A stretch of 64,000 nt of DNA from Amphiscolops sp. MND2022 (GCA_964187785.1 OZ076413.1:46998001-47062000), one strand, 5' to 3'. Positions 48,391 through 61,972 are shown, numbered from the stretch's first letter. Notes: a model not told the origin generated them from the sequence alone. Made by a program: numbers and translations.

Positions 48391-51300
48391 AATCAAGTTT
48401 AGACTGCACACGAAATCCGAGAATCCTAAAAGCCTATGTATAATTGTTTGGAATGGTATTTCAATGCAAATTGAATCTTTTCCCTTTTCTTATCTTCTTG
48501 GTTCAACAAAAGAAAAAATATTTGAAAGGATATACAATAGTAAAACAAGTAAAAAGAGTTTCCACCCTAACAAAAGCTGGAAGATTGTAAGAGAAACGCA
48601 CTTAGAATTTCTTTAGTGTTTAGGCCTACATATCCAGACCTGAGCACGGCCCGCCCAGGCCCGATCAATGCTTTTGAAACTCCTGCTAATAGACAGAAAA
48701 TAAATATAATTTGGACCCTTCGTGTTCTACACCTATCGAAACACAGGCCCGGTCCGAGCCCGGCCTGGTTGCAACTCTGGCGTTTATCATTTAAGTGAAG
48801 AGTCAAACGTTTGGTACAATCATAAAATTATATTAAAAATCAATGTGCTAACATGCTATGATATTAAATTCCCGAAAAATTTTCTGAGTTGTAGAGTTAT
48901 TTGCGAGTTGCTTAAACAATTGATATCTTTGGGTATCAAATCCTCGTGTCTTAGCCAGTTGTAGGCTTTCCGTTATCTATTTTGAACCGACTTCGATTTA
49001 GTTACGGTGCGACTGTAGGTAATTGTTAGTGGAACCTGCTGGCTTCTGGAATGATATGAACACTTATCTTCAGTAAGTGAATGGTAGTTTTCCGTATGAG
49101 AGTACCATGGAGTAACCACTTTCGTACAGAGACTTAACGAGACGGCCCGCTATTGTGTCAAAAAGTCTTTCAAAAATCTTTTTTGAAGTGTCTCGATTTC
49201 CAAAGTTGGGCGTTCGACGCAAGAAGAACTCTTCTTGACTGAAAATATCATACAACAAGCCGGGAACGGCCCAAGTCGGCGCCTTATCTAAGGCTCAAAA
49301 ATAGCAAAAGGACTTCAAAATGTCAAAGTATTGGTGAATTGGGGACCCTTTTATAAAAACGAAAAAAGTCTCACAATGCCGAAAATACTCTCAGGGAGTA
49401 GTCCCCTTTGGCCCTAGGAATTGTAAAAATTGTAAGATTGTAAGAATTGTAAGAAAAGTGGACCATTCAGAGTGAGATTGTAGGCTGAAAAAAACTACCC
49501 ACTGTAATAGTCGGGCTTTTTTCCTTAAGGGAAAAGGCGCCGACTAAAAACACCTTTTTAGAGCGACCTTTTAGGGAATTTTTGAAAATTTCAAAAAGGG
49601 GCCCTTTTTCCGTTTTCGTAAAAACGATAAAATAGTCATCTGCCTAGAAAACTCATTCGGATACTTTCAAAGAATTAAGCTTGAGTTAGTAAAGTTCTAT
49701 AACAACCGGATACTTTATATCGGACTTTTCTTATTTCCGAAAAATATGTGTTGCATCAGAAAATGTTATCATTCTGAAAATGCAATTTGAAAAGATGACA
49801 AATTCGACATTCACAGCGGCTATCCACGGGCCGTTGTAAGAATTGGTCCAAACAGAAACCATTTGATGTCAGAGAAAAAGGGGACTAAACATTGATAAAC
49901 ATCGGTAAATAACGTCGGAATGTCTGCCATCCCAGCATTTCTATGAACTTATATGATTGATAATATGCTTTTCGATGATCCATAGACACGGGCGGCCATG
50001 ACAATGTTTTAATGCAGTTTCTTATTCCCTCTCAGAGAGAGGAAAATGAACTGACCCCTTGGTGAATGTAGAAAAGACTTGAGACCGTCTGAACATCCGG
50101 GACCGCGAAATTTTGTCAAGAAAGGTATGATATCAAGGGTTTTAGCGAAAAGTTCGATGCTTTTCAGGATCTTGGAAGCATTTACAAGGTTGATGGAAAT
50201 TTCTAGGGTTTCGTGTAAAATCCGAACATATCAAGCCGTGGGTAATTGAGTTTGATATCAGCGGCAGCTGGAACTGCCTTTTCTTCTTTAGTCTTTGATT
50301 GGAGTTAAAAATTATAAATCATTTAGGGAAGCAGCAAGAAAACGGAATGAAAATTCGGAGTGTTTATCTCCAATATCAAAATAAGGAGACCAATTTCTCA
50401 ATGGATGGAATCTGTGACGAATGATAATTGGAAGCTGTGAAGCTAATGAAATCCCTGACAACTAAGTACTTGCTAACATTGTTCAAAATTAGAGTTATTG
50501 TAGATGATCAGTCTAACGTTTGATAAATGAACTAATAGAATTGAGTATTAGCATCCTATCTTTTTGAACACTCATAAATCACCACAAGATCTCAAAACGT
50601 CAATATTGGCGCCAGTCATCAGCAGGCAAAGAAAGTCGATTTGGAACATGCTGGTTGAGAAACAAGACTTAAACTCTTAAAAACTTAGATGAAAATTTGA
50701 AGAAAATCCAATCATCACAAATCTTTAAACCCCCCCCCCAAATGGGTTTTCTCCAAGACTATTAATCATAGAGCCATGAAACTTGGCACACATACGCAAG
50801 TACCTAACACAAACACACCGGCCAAGTTTCAAGGTCATCCACCCATTATAACCCCCTTTACCCCTCACATGTGTGATATTCAACGTCATTGAGACAAAAA
50901 TGTAAACATTGCTATTTATCCTTACGACCACATTAGAATGTAACTCTGTTGAATTGATGATATTTACATTGTGTAAACATGCTTTAAAGCCCGCCTAATC
51001 AACATGCCAAAACCACCATGTGCTTTGTTTACATAGCCAATAACTTTAATAATTCACTTAAATGTCATTTTATTTATACCACATATTTCAATTGATATTT
51101 GTTCTATATTTACTGTAGAATTGTAAACCACATTTATACCATTATTAGATAGAGATTTTCTCCACTGTATAGCTATAGTCAAGTTGGGTCTCAGGACCGC
51201 AAGACTTAAAAATCAACTTCTCAATCTTCACAACTTTTCGCTAGAGTTAGAGCGACTAAGTAGCTACTCTCATAGTTGGAGAGCCGGAGTGCGTGAAGAT

Positions 51301-51669
51301 ACAGTGAGGGAAGTGTGTGCAGGATCACATCGGATCCAATTCAGTGAACAGAGGAATCGCAGGAGATTCCACGGGTCACATCGGACCCATCAAGCTAAAA
51401 GATACAGTCCTTTAAAACACGAAAAACCAGGAATTGTTTAGTGACGGTCCACAGCACTAAGCAACGGATCAGGGCGGCGTAAAGCTTGTCAAGCCTCAGC
51501 GCAGGATAAGGGCAAGCAGCCGTTACATTTGGTCCGCCGACCCGGACAACTCGTTGGTCCGCCGACCCGGACAACTCGTTGGTGGACGACCCGGACGAGG
51601 AAGAAGACGACTCGTTGGTAGACAACAGAAGATTGCCCAAAAAAAACTGGATCTTGGAGTCTCTGATTT

Positions 51670-51860
51670 CGTGTCTCTGGGAGATTGGGCTATTGTGACT
51701 CTGGGAGATTGGGCTATTGTGACTCTGGGAGATTGTGCTACTGTGACTCTGGGAGATTGGGCTACTGTGTGTCTGGGAGATTGGGTTACTGTGTCTCTGG
51801 GGATTGGGCTACTGTGACTCTGGGAGTTGGGACTATTGTGTACTCTGGGAGTTGGGCTTA
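51670..51860 (+). repeat. 24-bp minisatellite (GTGACTCTGGGAGATTGGGCTA(T/C)T) in the BEL 5' UTR
   Basis: About 8 visible units. Confidence 0.9.
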
Positions 51861-52223
51861 AGCGGCACTCTGGAGGTATTTGTGCATCAACTCTAGTTTT
51901 GAGACGAATTGTATTCTTTGGGAACGTATTCCTGATTGAAGCAAAGATCTGGTCTAAGACGTCATTGCAAGTAAATCCACCAAGTAAAGCCAAGGGATCA
52001 AGTCAGAGAGACAAGATCCACCGAAACAAACAAGTTCGTCAAAGAAGGCAAGTATAATCGACAGTATTGGGTTGATTCTTCAAGAATTGGCGATTGATTA
52101 CCGGATTGAGCAGTTGACACTTTGTATCTGAGAAATTGCAGAATTGGGAAAAGTGACAAAGCCTACAAGAAACAATTGTGAAGTTCGAAAGCCCTCAGTG
52201 GAACAAAAGAGTCATATGAACAA

Positions 52224-53519
52224 ATGAAAGCCAAAAAGAAAGAAAGGCAAGTGATGCAGCACCCTCGAATGACAAATGTGTTTGAAAGAAGAAACACAAA
52301 GCAGAGCCAACAACTGATGGAAATCAGACCAAAAGAGTTGGAAAATGTGTCAGATTGGTACGCATGGAGCCTCTATTGGAATACTGTACCCCTACATGTG
52401 GAAAAGATCCATACGTTAGTAAAAGACTTGGATGACAAGCTCGATGAGGAAGGAGCTGTTATATCCAAAAGAAACTTGATTGATTGGGTAATTGAATACC
52501 GCGAGAGAAGACAGGCATTGCTGTTCTGTGTAGACTTTATGTTGAGTCTTACGAATGAAGAAACGCAAAGACAGCTCAGTCGAAGTGTGACTGAATGGGA
52601 CGAATGCTTTGCGAAACTGGAATCGAGTTGGGGATATTGGTTCCCCGATGTGCAGCAAATGTTGAAAAGGCCAATTGATGGGACAAAAGAGTTGAAACTG
52701 AGTCAGATGACAAATGGAACATCTGCAGACGCAGCTATGAGATGCCCTCGCACAAGAAAGTTGAGGCAAAGACGTGTCCATCAGGCAAAACCTAATTGTG
52801 TAAAGAAAACAGCTAGTAAAAAGGAATCACTGAAACGGTCAAGAAGGACCAAGGACCAAGAAAGTTGCTGGGGTATGAGAGACAGCATATCTGAAGTGGA
52901 AAACTCTATCAACGATGTGACATCACTACTCGAAGAAAACAGTAAGGTGTCTGACGTAACAATCCTGATGGACAACAGACCAACAGTTAGCACGAAGTGG
53001 TCTAATGGAGATCGACTGTTTCCTCTAGCATTAGAGAAAGCGGAAGATCAGAAATCGGATGAAGTCCAAGGCCAAAGAAGCGAGACTGGACAATTGGAAA
53101 TATAGGAACTGGGCAAACATCCAAAACTGGTTGAAACCAGAAGCAACAGAAGCTTAGTGATTTCGAAAAGTTCACTTGCTAGACGAGTTCTTTATTTGAA
53201 AGTAAAAGCTCAAAAAGAGCAAGAAGAGCTGCAAACCCGACTCGAGAAACTGAAGCGTGAAGCAATACAAATGGAAATAGCTGACTTGCATGAACAGCTT
53301 GCCCGCAAAGCCAGAATAGCTGAAAAGGAAAGAGAAATAGCGGAAGTGTGGAGCAGTCAGGGGACTAGCTTCCCAAGTGTCTCATCAGCCGACAGTTTCA
53401 CGGAAGACTCACGATGCATGGCTGAGACAGAAACAGTCGAAGACGGGGCTAAGTCCAATATTGCACTATCAGTTCATTTGAAATCAGAGAATGCAGTGAA
53501 ATTAGTTCTCCGCGCTTAG
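52224..53519 (+). pseudogene. Gag-like / coiled-coil ORF of the non-autonomous BEL (split by a stop at 53103)
   Basis: ORFs 52224-53105 and 53157-53519 are in the same frame; E/K/Q-rich helix similar to BEL gag N-termini. Confidence 0.55.
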
Positions 53520-53601
53520 GAGAGACTCAAAACCTCCAACAGAAGCCGATGAGCAAGCTGATGACGGAACGTGCAGAAAAGAAGCAATATCACAACCAGA
53601 C

Positions 53602-54888
53602 GTGAAACTTGCAAACCAAGGAACCTCGCAGCTCATCACAACGGAATGTATACAGAAATTGTCAGAAACATTCATTGTAGACAACGGTCGGCAAGACGTC
53701 CGTTCAGAAACCCTCCTCGTGGATACCAAACAGGTTTTGGAAGAAGATATTCACTTGGGCATGAATGAGCATTCGATAAGTCAAACAAAGGAGAACTTGA
53801 ATCACACAATGGCAGAAACAAGGAAGGAGCATAGATTCTTATCATTCGCATCAAGCAAACAATCTTCGGAAGAATTGAATGTGAAAATGGAGCTGCTGCA
53901 AGAGAGTGCAGAAAATTACGCCGTACAACAGGACACACAACAAGGGAAAATATTCGAAGTGACGATGTTTCATGACAGTACTCTACTTCTTGAAGAAGGA
54001 AACAAATGTTTTGAATTCGACAAAAGTTATGGATTTGTGCATGAGCAACAATTTGCACTGCTTGATGATTGTAATGAAGAAGCAATGTATCGAAAGCTAT
54101 GCCATGTTGCAGCGAAACATGACAAACCCGTTGAATGCATTGCCAAAGGTGAAACACGTACCATGATTGCAACCTTTGGAAAGAAATTTGATTTTGACTT
54201 CAAAGTAAGCCTTGTAGAAGAAACTATCCCGAGTAATAACGATGTGTGGAACCCTCGGCTTGGGAATGGAAACTCTGGGATGGACGCGGTGGCACAGGCT
54301 AACGGCATGGATAAAACTCAATTGAGCAACGGCCACCGCAAGCGACCGAAGAAACGAGCTTGGAAGTTTGAACATACCTCAATCCTATTACATGGAATGG
54401 TCGAATGTGTTCAATTGACAACTGGCATCCTATATGCAAAGATTGTGATAGATAAATTTGCAGACGAAATATCGCTAATGGAAACGCAATTGGGTTCTTC
54501 AAAAGCACAAACTACAACAAGTTCGGAAAATGGGCCTTTCATAGGGCCGGCTGTATCATGGGAAGAAATGATGATGCAACTTCAATTTTTTGGAAAATGG
54601 ATTAAAGAAGAAGTTAGACAACTGGAAGTCAATGATTTGGTTTGGATAGTAGATGACAATGTGAAAAGAGCACACTACAAGACCAGCAGAGTGTTGGAAG
54701 TCTATCATGGAAGCGATGGGCGAGTGAGATCAGCGCTGGTGAAAACGGAAGATGGAAAACTCAAAAGACCAGTAGTGAAACTGGCACCCATGTTCTACGA
54801 AAGTGTTTTTCGGGAGAAAAACAGGGCCGGCAATGTTGGCGCCAGTCATCAGCAGGCAAAGAAAGTCGATTTGGAACATGCTGGTTGA
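53602..54888 (+). CDS. Unknown region fused to the BEL/Pao C-terminal (DUF5641-like) domain; reads into the 3' LTR
   Basis: KW..LEVNDLVWIVD..RVLEVYHGSDGRVRSALVKT..LKRPVVKLAP. Confidence 0.7.
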   Translation: MKLANQGTSQLITTECIQKLSETFIVDNGRQDVRSETLLVDTKQVLEEDIHLGMNEHSISQTKENLNHTMAETRKEHRFLSFASSKQSSEELNVKMELLQESAENYAVQQDTQQGKIFEVTMFHDSTLLLEEGNKCFEFDKSYGFVHEQQFALLDDCNEEAMYRKLCHVAAKHDKPVECIAKGETRTMIATFGKKFDFDFKVSLVEETIPSNNDVWNPRLGNGNSGMDAVAQANGMDKTQLSNGHRKRPKKRAWKFEHTSILLHGMVECVQLTTGILYAKIVIDKFADEISLMETQLGSSKAQTTTSSENGPFIGPAVSWEEMMMQLQFFGKWIKEEVRQLEVNDLVWIVDDNVKRAHYKTSRVLEVYHGSDGRVRSALVKTEDGKLKRPVVKLAPMFYESVFREKNRAGNVGASHQQAKKVDLEHAG

Positions 54889-57773
54889 GAAACAAGACTT
54901 AAACTCTTAAAAACTTAGATGAAAATTTGAAGAAAATCCAATCATCACAAATCTTTAAAACCCCCCCCCCCCAAATGGGTTTTCTCCAAGACTATTAATC
55001 ACAGAGCCATGAAACTTGGCACACATACGCAAGTACCTAACACAAACACACCGGCCAAGTTTCAAGGTCATCCACCCATTATAACCCCCTTTACCCCTCA
55101 CATGTGTGATATTCAAGGTCATTGAGACAAAAATGTAAACATTGCTATTTATCCTTACGACCACATTAGAATGTAACTCTGTTGAATTGATGATATTTAC
55201 ATTGTGTAAACATGCTTTAAAGCCCGCCTAATCAACATGCCAAAACCACCATGTGCTTTGTTTACATAGCCAATAACTTTAATAATTCACTTAAATGTCA
55301 TTTTATTTATACCACATATTTCTTTTGATATTTGTTCTATATTTACTGTAGAATTGTAAACCACATTTATACCATTATTAGATAGAGATTTTCTCCACTG
55401 TATAGCTATAGTCAAGTTGGGTCTCAGGACCGCAAGACTTAAAAATCAACTTCTCAATCTTCACAACTTTTCGCTAGAGTTAGAGCGACTAAGTAGCTAC
55501 TCTCATAGTTGGAGAGCCGGAGCGCGTGAAGATACAGTGAGGGAAGTGTGTGCAGGATCACATCGGATCCAATTCAGTGAACAGAGGAATCGCAGGAGAT
55601 TCCACGGGTCACATCGGACCCATCAAGCTAAAAGATACAGTCCTTTAAAACACGAAAAACCAGGAATTGTTTAGTGACGGTCCACAGCACTAAGCAACGG
55701 ATCAGGGCGGCGTAAAGCTTGTCAAGCCTCAGCGCAGGATAAGGGCAAGCAGCCGTTACAGTCAACAATTAGAATCTGGAAGTCATCTGTTCATTGACCA
55801 GCGTGAAATGTGCTGATACGCTTCTAGACATAACCACAATGGTGTAAAGTTGAACCAAAAACGAGCAAAAATAAAAAAAAAACATTTCCGCTCCGAAAAA
55901 TCCGAAGACATTGAAAACACTTAGCTGTAGCTTCTTGAACAAGATATAAGTACATGCAGGCTCGCCTGATTAAGCCGACAAACTATCAGACCGATAACCA
56001 ATCTGACTGCAAGAGATTACACAGTCTATTGGATATGTTGAAAAGGTTTAATTCATAGGCACCAGTTTCAAAACTGACCAACAGTTCATCAGAGTGGGGG
56101 CTTCCGGCTTGGCCGAACATCCACTTGGCCGAATCAATACATTTAATGAACGCATGATTGATTCATTCCAAATGCGTGATTCATTCCAAATGCGTGATAA
56201 ATTCGATTTCAAATATGATTGGATAAGTGTTTTCAATCATTTAGTGCAAATACATGATTATGTTGTTGAGCTCGTGAGCGTCTATTTGCAGTTTAGATAT
56301 AATTCCTAACTGTACTGGTTTATCCTGGAAATTGACTTTGTTCCTTTCTTGGAGTTGTTTCTAAAAGCTAACGGAACGATGGTTCTGAAGATGCCAATTG
56401 CCCGTCGCCTTTGCAGTTACAGACTATAGTAACTATAGAACTGGTCTCTATAGAACTGGTCGGAGGATATCCCCAAGATGCGGGACACCCTCCCACGGGA
56501 CATTCGCCCAAGAAGGTGAAATGTACGGAAGATGGGAGCCTCAATAGTTTTCAGAAGCCTGAAAAAAGCCGCATCTAGGTGCTTTCTCAAGCCTTGATTT
56601 TACTTTTTCCAGATTTTTTGATGTTTCCGTATCTTTGCAATATATTTTGCACACAGTCAAACAATGAATTCATTTTCTTCCCATTCACTTTTGCGCAGTT
56701 AGGCTGGTACCTTTCGAACTTTGAGCTTGGGTACCCGATGTCCTATAGAAACATTTTTTAAATTCAAAATGTTTTTCACTTTCAAATTGCTGGAAAACAT
56801 TATGACAAACTAAATAAAATTACAAATTTGCTTAAAATAATTTGATTTTTTTTTGCCCTGTGATTTTTTGAAAGCTATTACAATGGCTGGAGACAACAGA
56901 GTATTATGACAATCCTGGCCAGTTGCTTGCTGTGACGAAGGCCGAGTTCTAGAACCAATATTTCTTCCAAATGGCTCTTCAAAAACCGGACTGGTAGTTT
57001 GGCAAGTGATGTTTTACCCTGTGGTATCTTGATTTATAACCACTCCAATATCAGACTCCCAAAACAATGGAAGATGACGAACACCGATGGAAGCAAATTC
57101 CAGGGAAGTCTTCCGATTCGATCAGACGTTAATTTTTTTCAGCAAGCAGTTTCCAATGTTTCAGATGGATTGGAAAATCTAATCCCTGCAATCTAATGAT
57201 CTGTATACTTGGAAACAAAACTGTTTACTTGGACTGTTTGAATTCAAAAGCTATAGCCTCTGAATTTAAACATTCCACGTCAGTTCGTTAAGATTCATTT
57301 CCAAGGATTTTTTACGGAAAGAACTCCAATTGGAGTTCGCTCTTGTGATAGTTTCTCAGACGTGTTGTCCACCGTAAATTGGAACGTCCTAATTTGGGTT
57401 GGTATACTCTAGTTATTTCAAAAAAATCTCATCGGAAATATCAATCTTCATACATGTATCTAACTCGTTGTTACAAACCTAATGAAGTGAGCAACTGGAT
57501 ATAATTATTCAGAATAATGGCGTTCCTGTTTCATGTTTACAAGCCCGTGTCTCTTGGTTCCGAATTTGGCTGTTGTGTTGATTCTCTTGATTTGCACAGT
57601 TTGTTGTTTGCCTAGCAATATGCCTGCCTGGTGTTGGTTCATCAAACCATCAAATGCCACGTCATTACCATCAGATACCATCACCTCCATTTGGTAATCG
57701 ACCAACCATGTTACACTAACTTGACCATTAATCAAATTAGCTAGTTATCAGTTATTACTAACTTGGATTAAAT

Positions 57774-57950
57774 ATGGATTTTTTCTCACCTATCTTTCTG
57801 GGTTTAGTCGTGACGATTTCGTTCACGTGGGTCGGTTACTCACAACCAGATGATCCAGCAGGGTTCCAGTCGGCCCCGGATATTTCCAAACTGGACATCT
57901 TTTACTACCACTGTCACAGCATCGATAGCTTTACCATGAAGTACAAACAG
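57774..57950 (+). CDS. Exon 1 of a putative secreted protein (signal peptide)
   Basis: MDFFSPIFLGLVVTISFTWVGYSQ hydrophobic leader; CAG|GTAGTA donor, phase 0. Confidence 0.6.
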
Positions 57951-57964
57951 GTAGTATCTATTTT

Positions 57965-58270
57965 GAAATCTAGGAAAACTCGTCGAAAACAACTCGTCGA
58001 AAACAACTCGCCGAAAACAATTGGTCGAAAATACTAGGTGGAAAACTCGTCGAAAAACAACTCGCCGAAAGGTCTTGGGCGGAAAACTCGTCTCAAGAAC
58101 AGAAAATAATCTCAGACAAATATAATGCTAACTTTGTGATCGCACTGTCTTATGAAGTTCTGAACTATAATGAAGTATACACTGTAAACTATAAAAGTGA
58201 AACATTTCAAACAATTATATATCTAAGAAAGTTAATTATGCGTAAAACTGACAATTTCACACATCAATTA
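57965..58270. mobile_element. Partial Mutator-like MITE (AAAACAACTCGTCG repeats)
   Basis: Inverted homolog of 60921-61414. Confidence 0.75.
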
Positions 58271-58738
58271 ATGAAAGTTAATCCATAATTAGCACTCGAT
58301 AATCCCTGCACGAGTTTCGAAGTTTTGAAATTAGTCACTGAGACGAATGTAATTGATGTTTGTGTGCTATTCAATTCAAACAGCTAAAGCTGGAACTACA
58401 GAATTAAAAAGAGAGAAAATACCAGGGAGAAGAAACATCATAAAGAAGTATTACATTAAGGCGTAATCGAATTTTTTAACAAAAAATCACAACGTACTTG
58501 TGAAATTTCCTACTTCCCAGAAGGTGACTTAGTATAATTGGTACACCTGAACTTTAGTTCACATTTTAGAAACTTGAACTTCATTTAAAATGTCCGAACT
58601 TTTGGATATGCAAACTCTCGAAAATTGTATCAAGTGCTTTCTTTACTTACCATATAATACAAGCTCGCGATATAAGCTCAGCATTAAAAAATGTATCAGT
58701 TATGAAGAGGAATGTGACCTGTAGTTTTTGTTTACCAG

Positions 58739-58897
58739 ATCGGGTATCAACAAAAGGTAGGAGTGTTTATCGGAGGTAAAGACGTCACCCAATCATGCCG
58801 CATGATTGAACATGTGAACGATGAAGAAGGTCAATGGATCATAGGGTACATTCACGAGTGTCACATCCAGGCCACCAAAGGCCGAGTCGACGTCAAG
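58739..58897 (+). CDS. Exon 2 of the putative secreted protein
   Basis: TTACCAG acceptor; 53 open codons (IGYQQKVGVFIGGKDVTQSC..HECHIQ..DVK); AAG|GTGAGG donor; higher GC than flanks. Confidence 0.6.
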
Positions 58898-59501
58898 GTG
58901 AGGGGGTGCGATAATTTTAAAAAACATCGGTCGTTTCAGGTTTGATTATGTAGACAATTTTTTACGATTTTTTTTTCATCAGCAGGGAATTATGAAAAGT
59001 TTCATATTAAAAGTAGAATTTTAGTGCTTACAAGCAAACAGTTATTACGCGAACCTTTGTGTTGTATCATATTTACAGTGCATTAGGCCATGCTGGTAAA
59101 TATTTGGATAGGATTATGTCGACATCAATTTATTTTATTGGACCAAAATTTCAACGCAAACGATGTCGACATAATGGTATTTGAACCTTCTGTCTTATTC
59201 CCCCCTCCCCCCCCCGCCGCAGCTTGGGGGGAAATAGATGACATGGTCCAATATTTTTGTATAATTTTTAAAGTATAACTCATTTGTTTCTTTTCTTTTC
59301 AGCTAAGGATATTTGTCTAATCATATCATCCACACTGATATAAGAAGAACGAGCAGGGATACGCAATAAAATATTGCAATACGACTGCTTTTATGCAGCA
59401 ATAACTTATATTTTTTGGCCTACTGAATAAATTATTGCAATTTTTGTTTTGAAAAATTAATAATTGCAATATTTTTTTGTCAAAACGCAATATTCAAAAC
59501 G

Positions 59502-61453
59502 TTAATTATCATCAGAAATCAACAAACTTTGAACAGTTTGACTATTCCAAAGGGATCTATTAAACATAAGAAAACAAGTCTCTTCAAGATGGATTGGTGT
59601 TAGCCGGTTCCGAAAGGGAGTTTCTATCATCTTCGTTCTGCTGAACAGTCGCTCAACCAAATTCGAAGTTGGAGATATCCACTTCAAAGACCCAATTTCG
59701 TCTTTTCGGGCCTTACTTGCGAGCAGTATATTGTCGGCATACGAGTTCGCATCATTTTCTTGAAAAATGCTCGCCTTTTTGAGGCAATCAGTAGCCATAC
59801 ACACATTAGCTGTGAGATCAGCAAACTTGCCACGGAAAATCTTTATGTTTCCATTTTCAAAATTGGGACTGTGCACTATATTTGCATCAGGAGATATATA
59901 AGATGCCATAGAAGGAAAGTCACTCATAAGGCAGTCGAACAATATTCTAACGTCTTCCATAGTTATTTCCGGGCTTTGAATTTTTTTGTAACAGATTCAA
60001 ATTTTTCAGCTTTTTGGATCAGTTGCTCAATACATTCGATTTCCCGAGGCGATGGTAGAAACTCAGTCACCTCCATATTGCGATTGATATATTCCTTCAA
60101 TTCCCGATATTGCTTGAGGGGATTAAAATCTGTGGACCATCTTGTTTTGCATCGCATCACTGGCATTAAATCACAGCCCGCTTGCCTCAACAACGCTCTG
60201 TTTTTGACATTCGCGAGGTTTTTCATGAGCATATGAAGTTTGTTGAAAATGTCTCCGTACTCTTCAAAATAGCACTTTATTGCTAGATGACTCGCACAAC
60301 CGATAAGGGGTATCTTTAAGATTTTGGCAATCTTCTTGTTTTTTGGTTCGTTGTCACCAACAACAAAAAGAATAGATGATTTCGATTTTTCAGAGATTTT
60401 GTGAAAAATTTCTTCAATGAAACTTACGTGCGATTCTGCTGAGAGGTCAGTTTCATCCAGAAAAGGCGATAGGGCAAGTAACGGAGTGCTTGTTTCTCCA
60501 TTTTTGTTCTCATAAAGACCGTGTACCGCGAAGAAATGTGTGCCCAAATGTGACCATCCGTCCATAATAATGGCTATTTTTTCGGGCATCTCAGATTTTA
60601 ATTGCTTTTTCACGTGTTGAACAATTCCGGTCATGTATTTAAGAAGGGTGTTTACAGATATAGGCTGAAGTTTTGTATTTTCGCGGGTCAGCTTCTTTTC
60701 GCAGAACGAAAACTCGTGGTTTTCCATAACAATCCATTCAACCCATTTGAATATATTCTTTGCCTTCGAAGAAGTAAAGGTTTCGCAGATCTTATCTCCA
60801 TGAACGATGGGAAGACTTCAAGCGATTAATGAGGTTTGTAAATCCGGTTTTCAGAGCCTGTTTACGCTTTATTCCACACAAACGAATGTAATTCCCATTT
60901 TAAATATGAGTAAAATAATGGGTATGCGGAAAACTCGTCGAAAACAACTCGCCGAATGCAACTCGTCGAAAACAACTCGTCGAAAATAAAGGGCGGAAAA
61001 CTGGTCGAAAATTAACTCGTCGAATAATAATTAAGTGCAAACTCGTCGAATTCTTACAGGTTACCCACTGCGATGATTCAGTTCTAATTATGATTTAATT
61101 TTCGTTAATTGATGCGTAAAATCTTAAGTTTTACGCAGAATATAGCCCCTTTTTAGTTATATAATTGCTTGAAAGGATTCACTTTTATAGTTTACAGTGT
61201 AATACTTCATAATAATTTAGAACTCCATAACACGGTATGATCACAAAGCTAGCACTATATTTGCCTGAGATTATTTTCTATTCTTGCGACGAGATTTCCG
61301 CCGGAGAATTTTCGGCGAGTTGCTTTTCGACGAGTTTTCCGCCGAGTATTTTCGACGAGTTGTTTTCGGCGAGTTGTTTTCGACGAGTTGTTTTCGACGA
61401 GTTTTCCTAGATTCAAAATAATGCTCAATAACTTCCTGGTATATTCTGTTCAT
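59502..61453 (-). pseudogene. hAT transposase (disrupted)
   Basis: ATG 61453 MNRIYQEVIEHYF; BED-finger remnant GFTNLINRLKSSH; DGWS, GDN, CASH, TRWS, PTSNLVERLFS; stop near 59963 and MITE insertion. Confidence 0.9.
60921..61414. mobile_element. Mutator-like MITE inserted in the hAT transposase
   Basis: Inverted arms of GGAAAACTCGTCGAAAACAACTCG repeats; 9-bp TSD AAAATAATG (60912-60920, 61415-61423). Confidence 0.88.
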
Positions 61454-61874
61454 TTCATAATAACAAGCTCCGAAACCAAAATCGAGTGCCATAACTCCGG
61501 AAATTTATTTTAGTTGATAAAATAAGCAAATCAAGCAAAGAATGAAAATTCAAATGGTGCTCTCGTTCCGGTCCGCCCCACGTTTTGGAAATCCTGAAAC
61601 AGCCCCTGAAATCCTGAAATTATTAAAATGCAAGCTTTTGAAGGTTGTTAATTCTAAGCCAGGCAAAATCGTTATTTTCGATATAAAACACCAATTTCGA
61701 CGTTGTAATTGAATTCAAACAAATGAAGTAATTTCAGTTTTATTTTAGGAGCTGTACACGTGGCACTAGATTTTAATTTCGGAGCTATGGCACTGTGTTT
61801 TATTTTCGGAGAAATTGCACTGAATTTCAAATTCGGAGCTATGAATAGTCACCAGTGTGTAGATGGGCGGCTAT

Positions 61875-61972
61875 TCACAAGTCCGAAAATAAAATTGGGT
61901 TGCACAAGTCCGAAAATAAATTTGGGTTGCACAAGTCCGAAAATGAATTTGGGTTGCACAAGTCCGAAAAAA
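61875..61972 (+). repeat. 27-bp tandem repeat (CACAAGTCCGAAAATAAATTTGGGTTG) x4
   Basis: Visible units; inverted copy TTTCGGACTTGTG at ~62277. Confidence 0.8.

Larger units (their letters stand above)
50604..55760 (+). mobile_element. Young non-autonomous BEL/Pao-type LTR element (5.2 kb)
   Basis: Near-identical LTRs 50604-51527 and 54834-55760; 5-bp TSD GTCAA (50599-50603, 55761-55765); PBS TGGTCCGCCGACCCGGA at 51530; purine-rich tract before the 3' LTR; no RT or IN core motifs. Confidence 0.93.

Noticed and set aside
51530..51860. CRISPR-like appearance of short repeats (also 57970-58090 and 61875-61972)
   Set aside because: No unique spacers, no cas genes, eukaryotic TE context.
51523..51993. 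ORF with VTIAQSPR repeats
   Set aside because: Antisense translation of the 24-bp minisatellite.
53672..54508. Overlapping antisense ORFs
   Set aside because: Shadows of the plus-strand ORF 53602-54888.
56800..57740. Possible minus-strand coding remnant
   Set aside because: Multiple stops and no identifiable domain.
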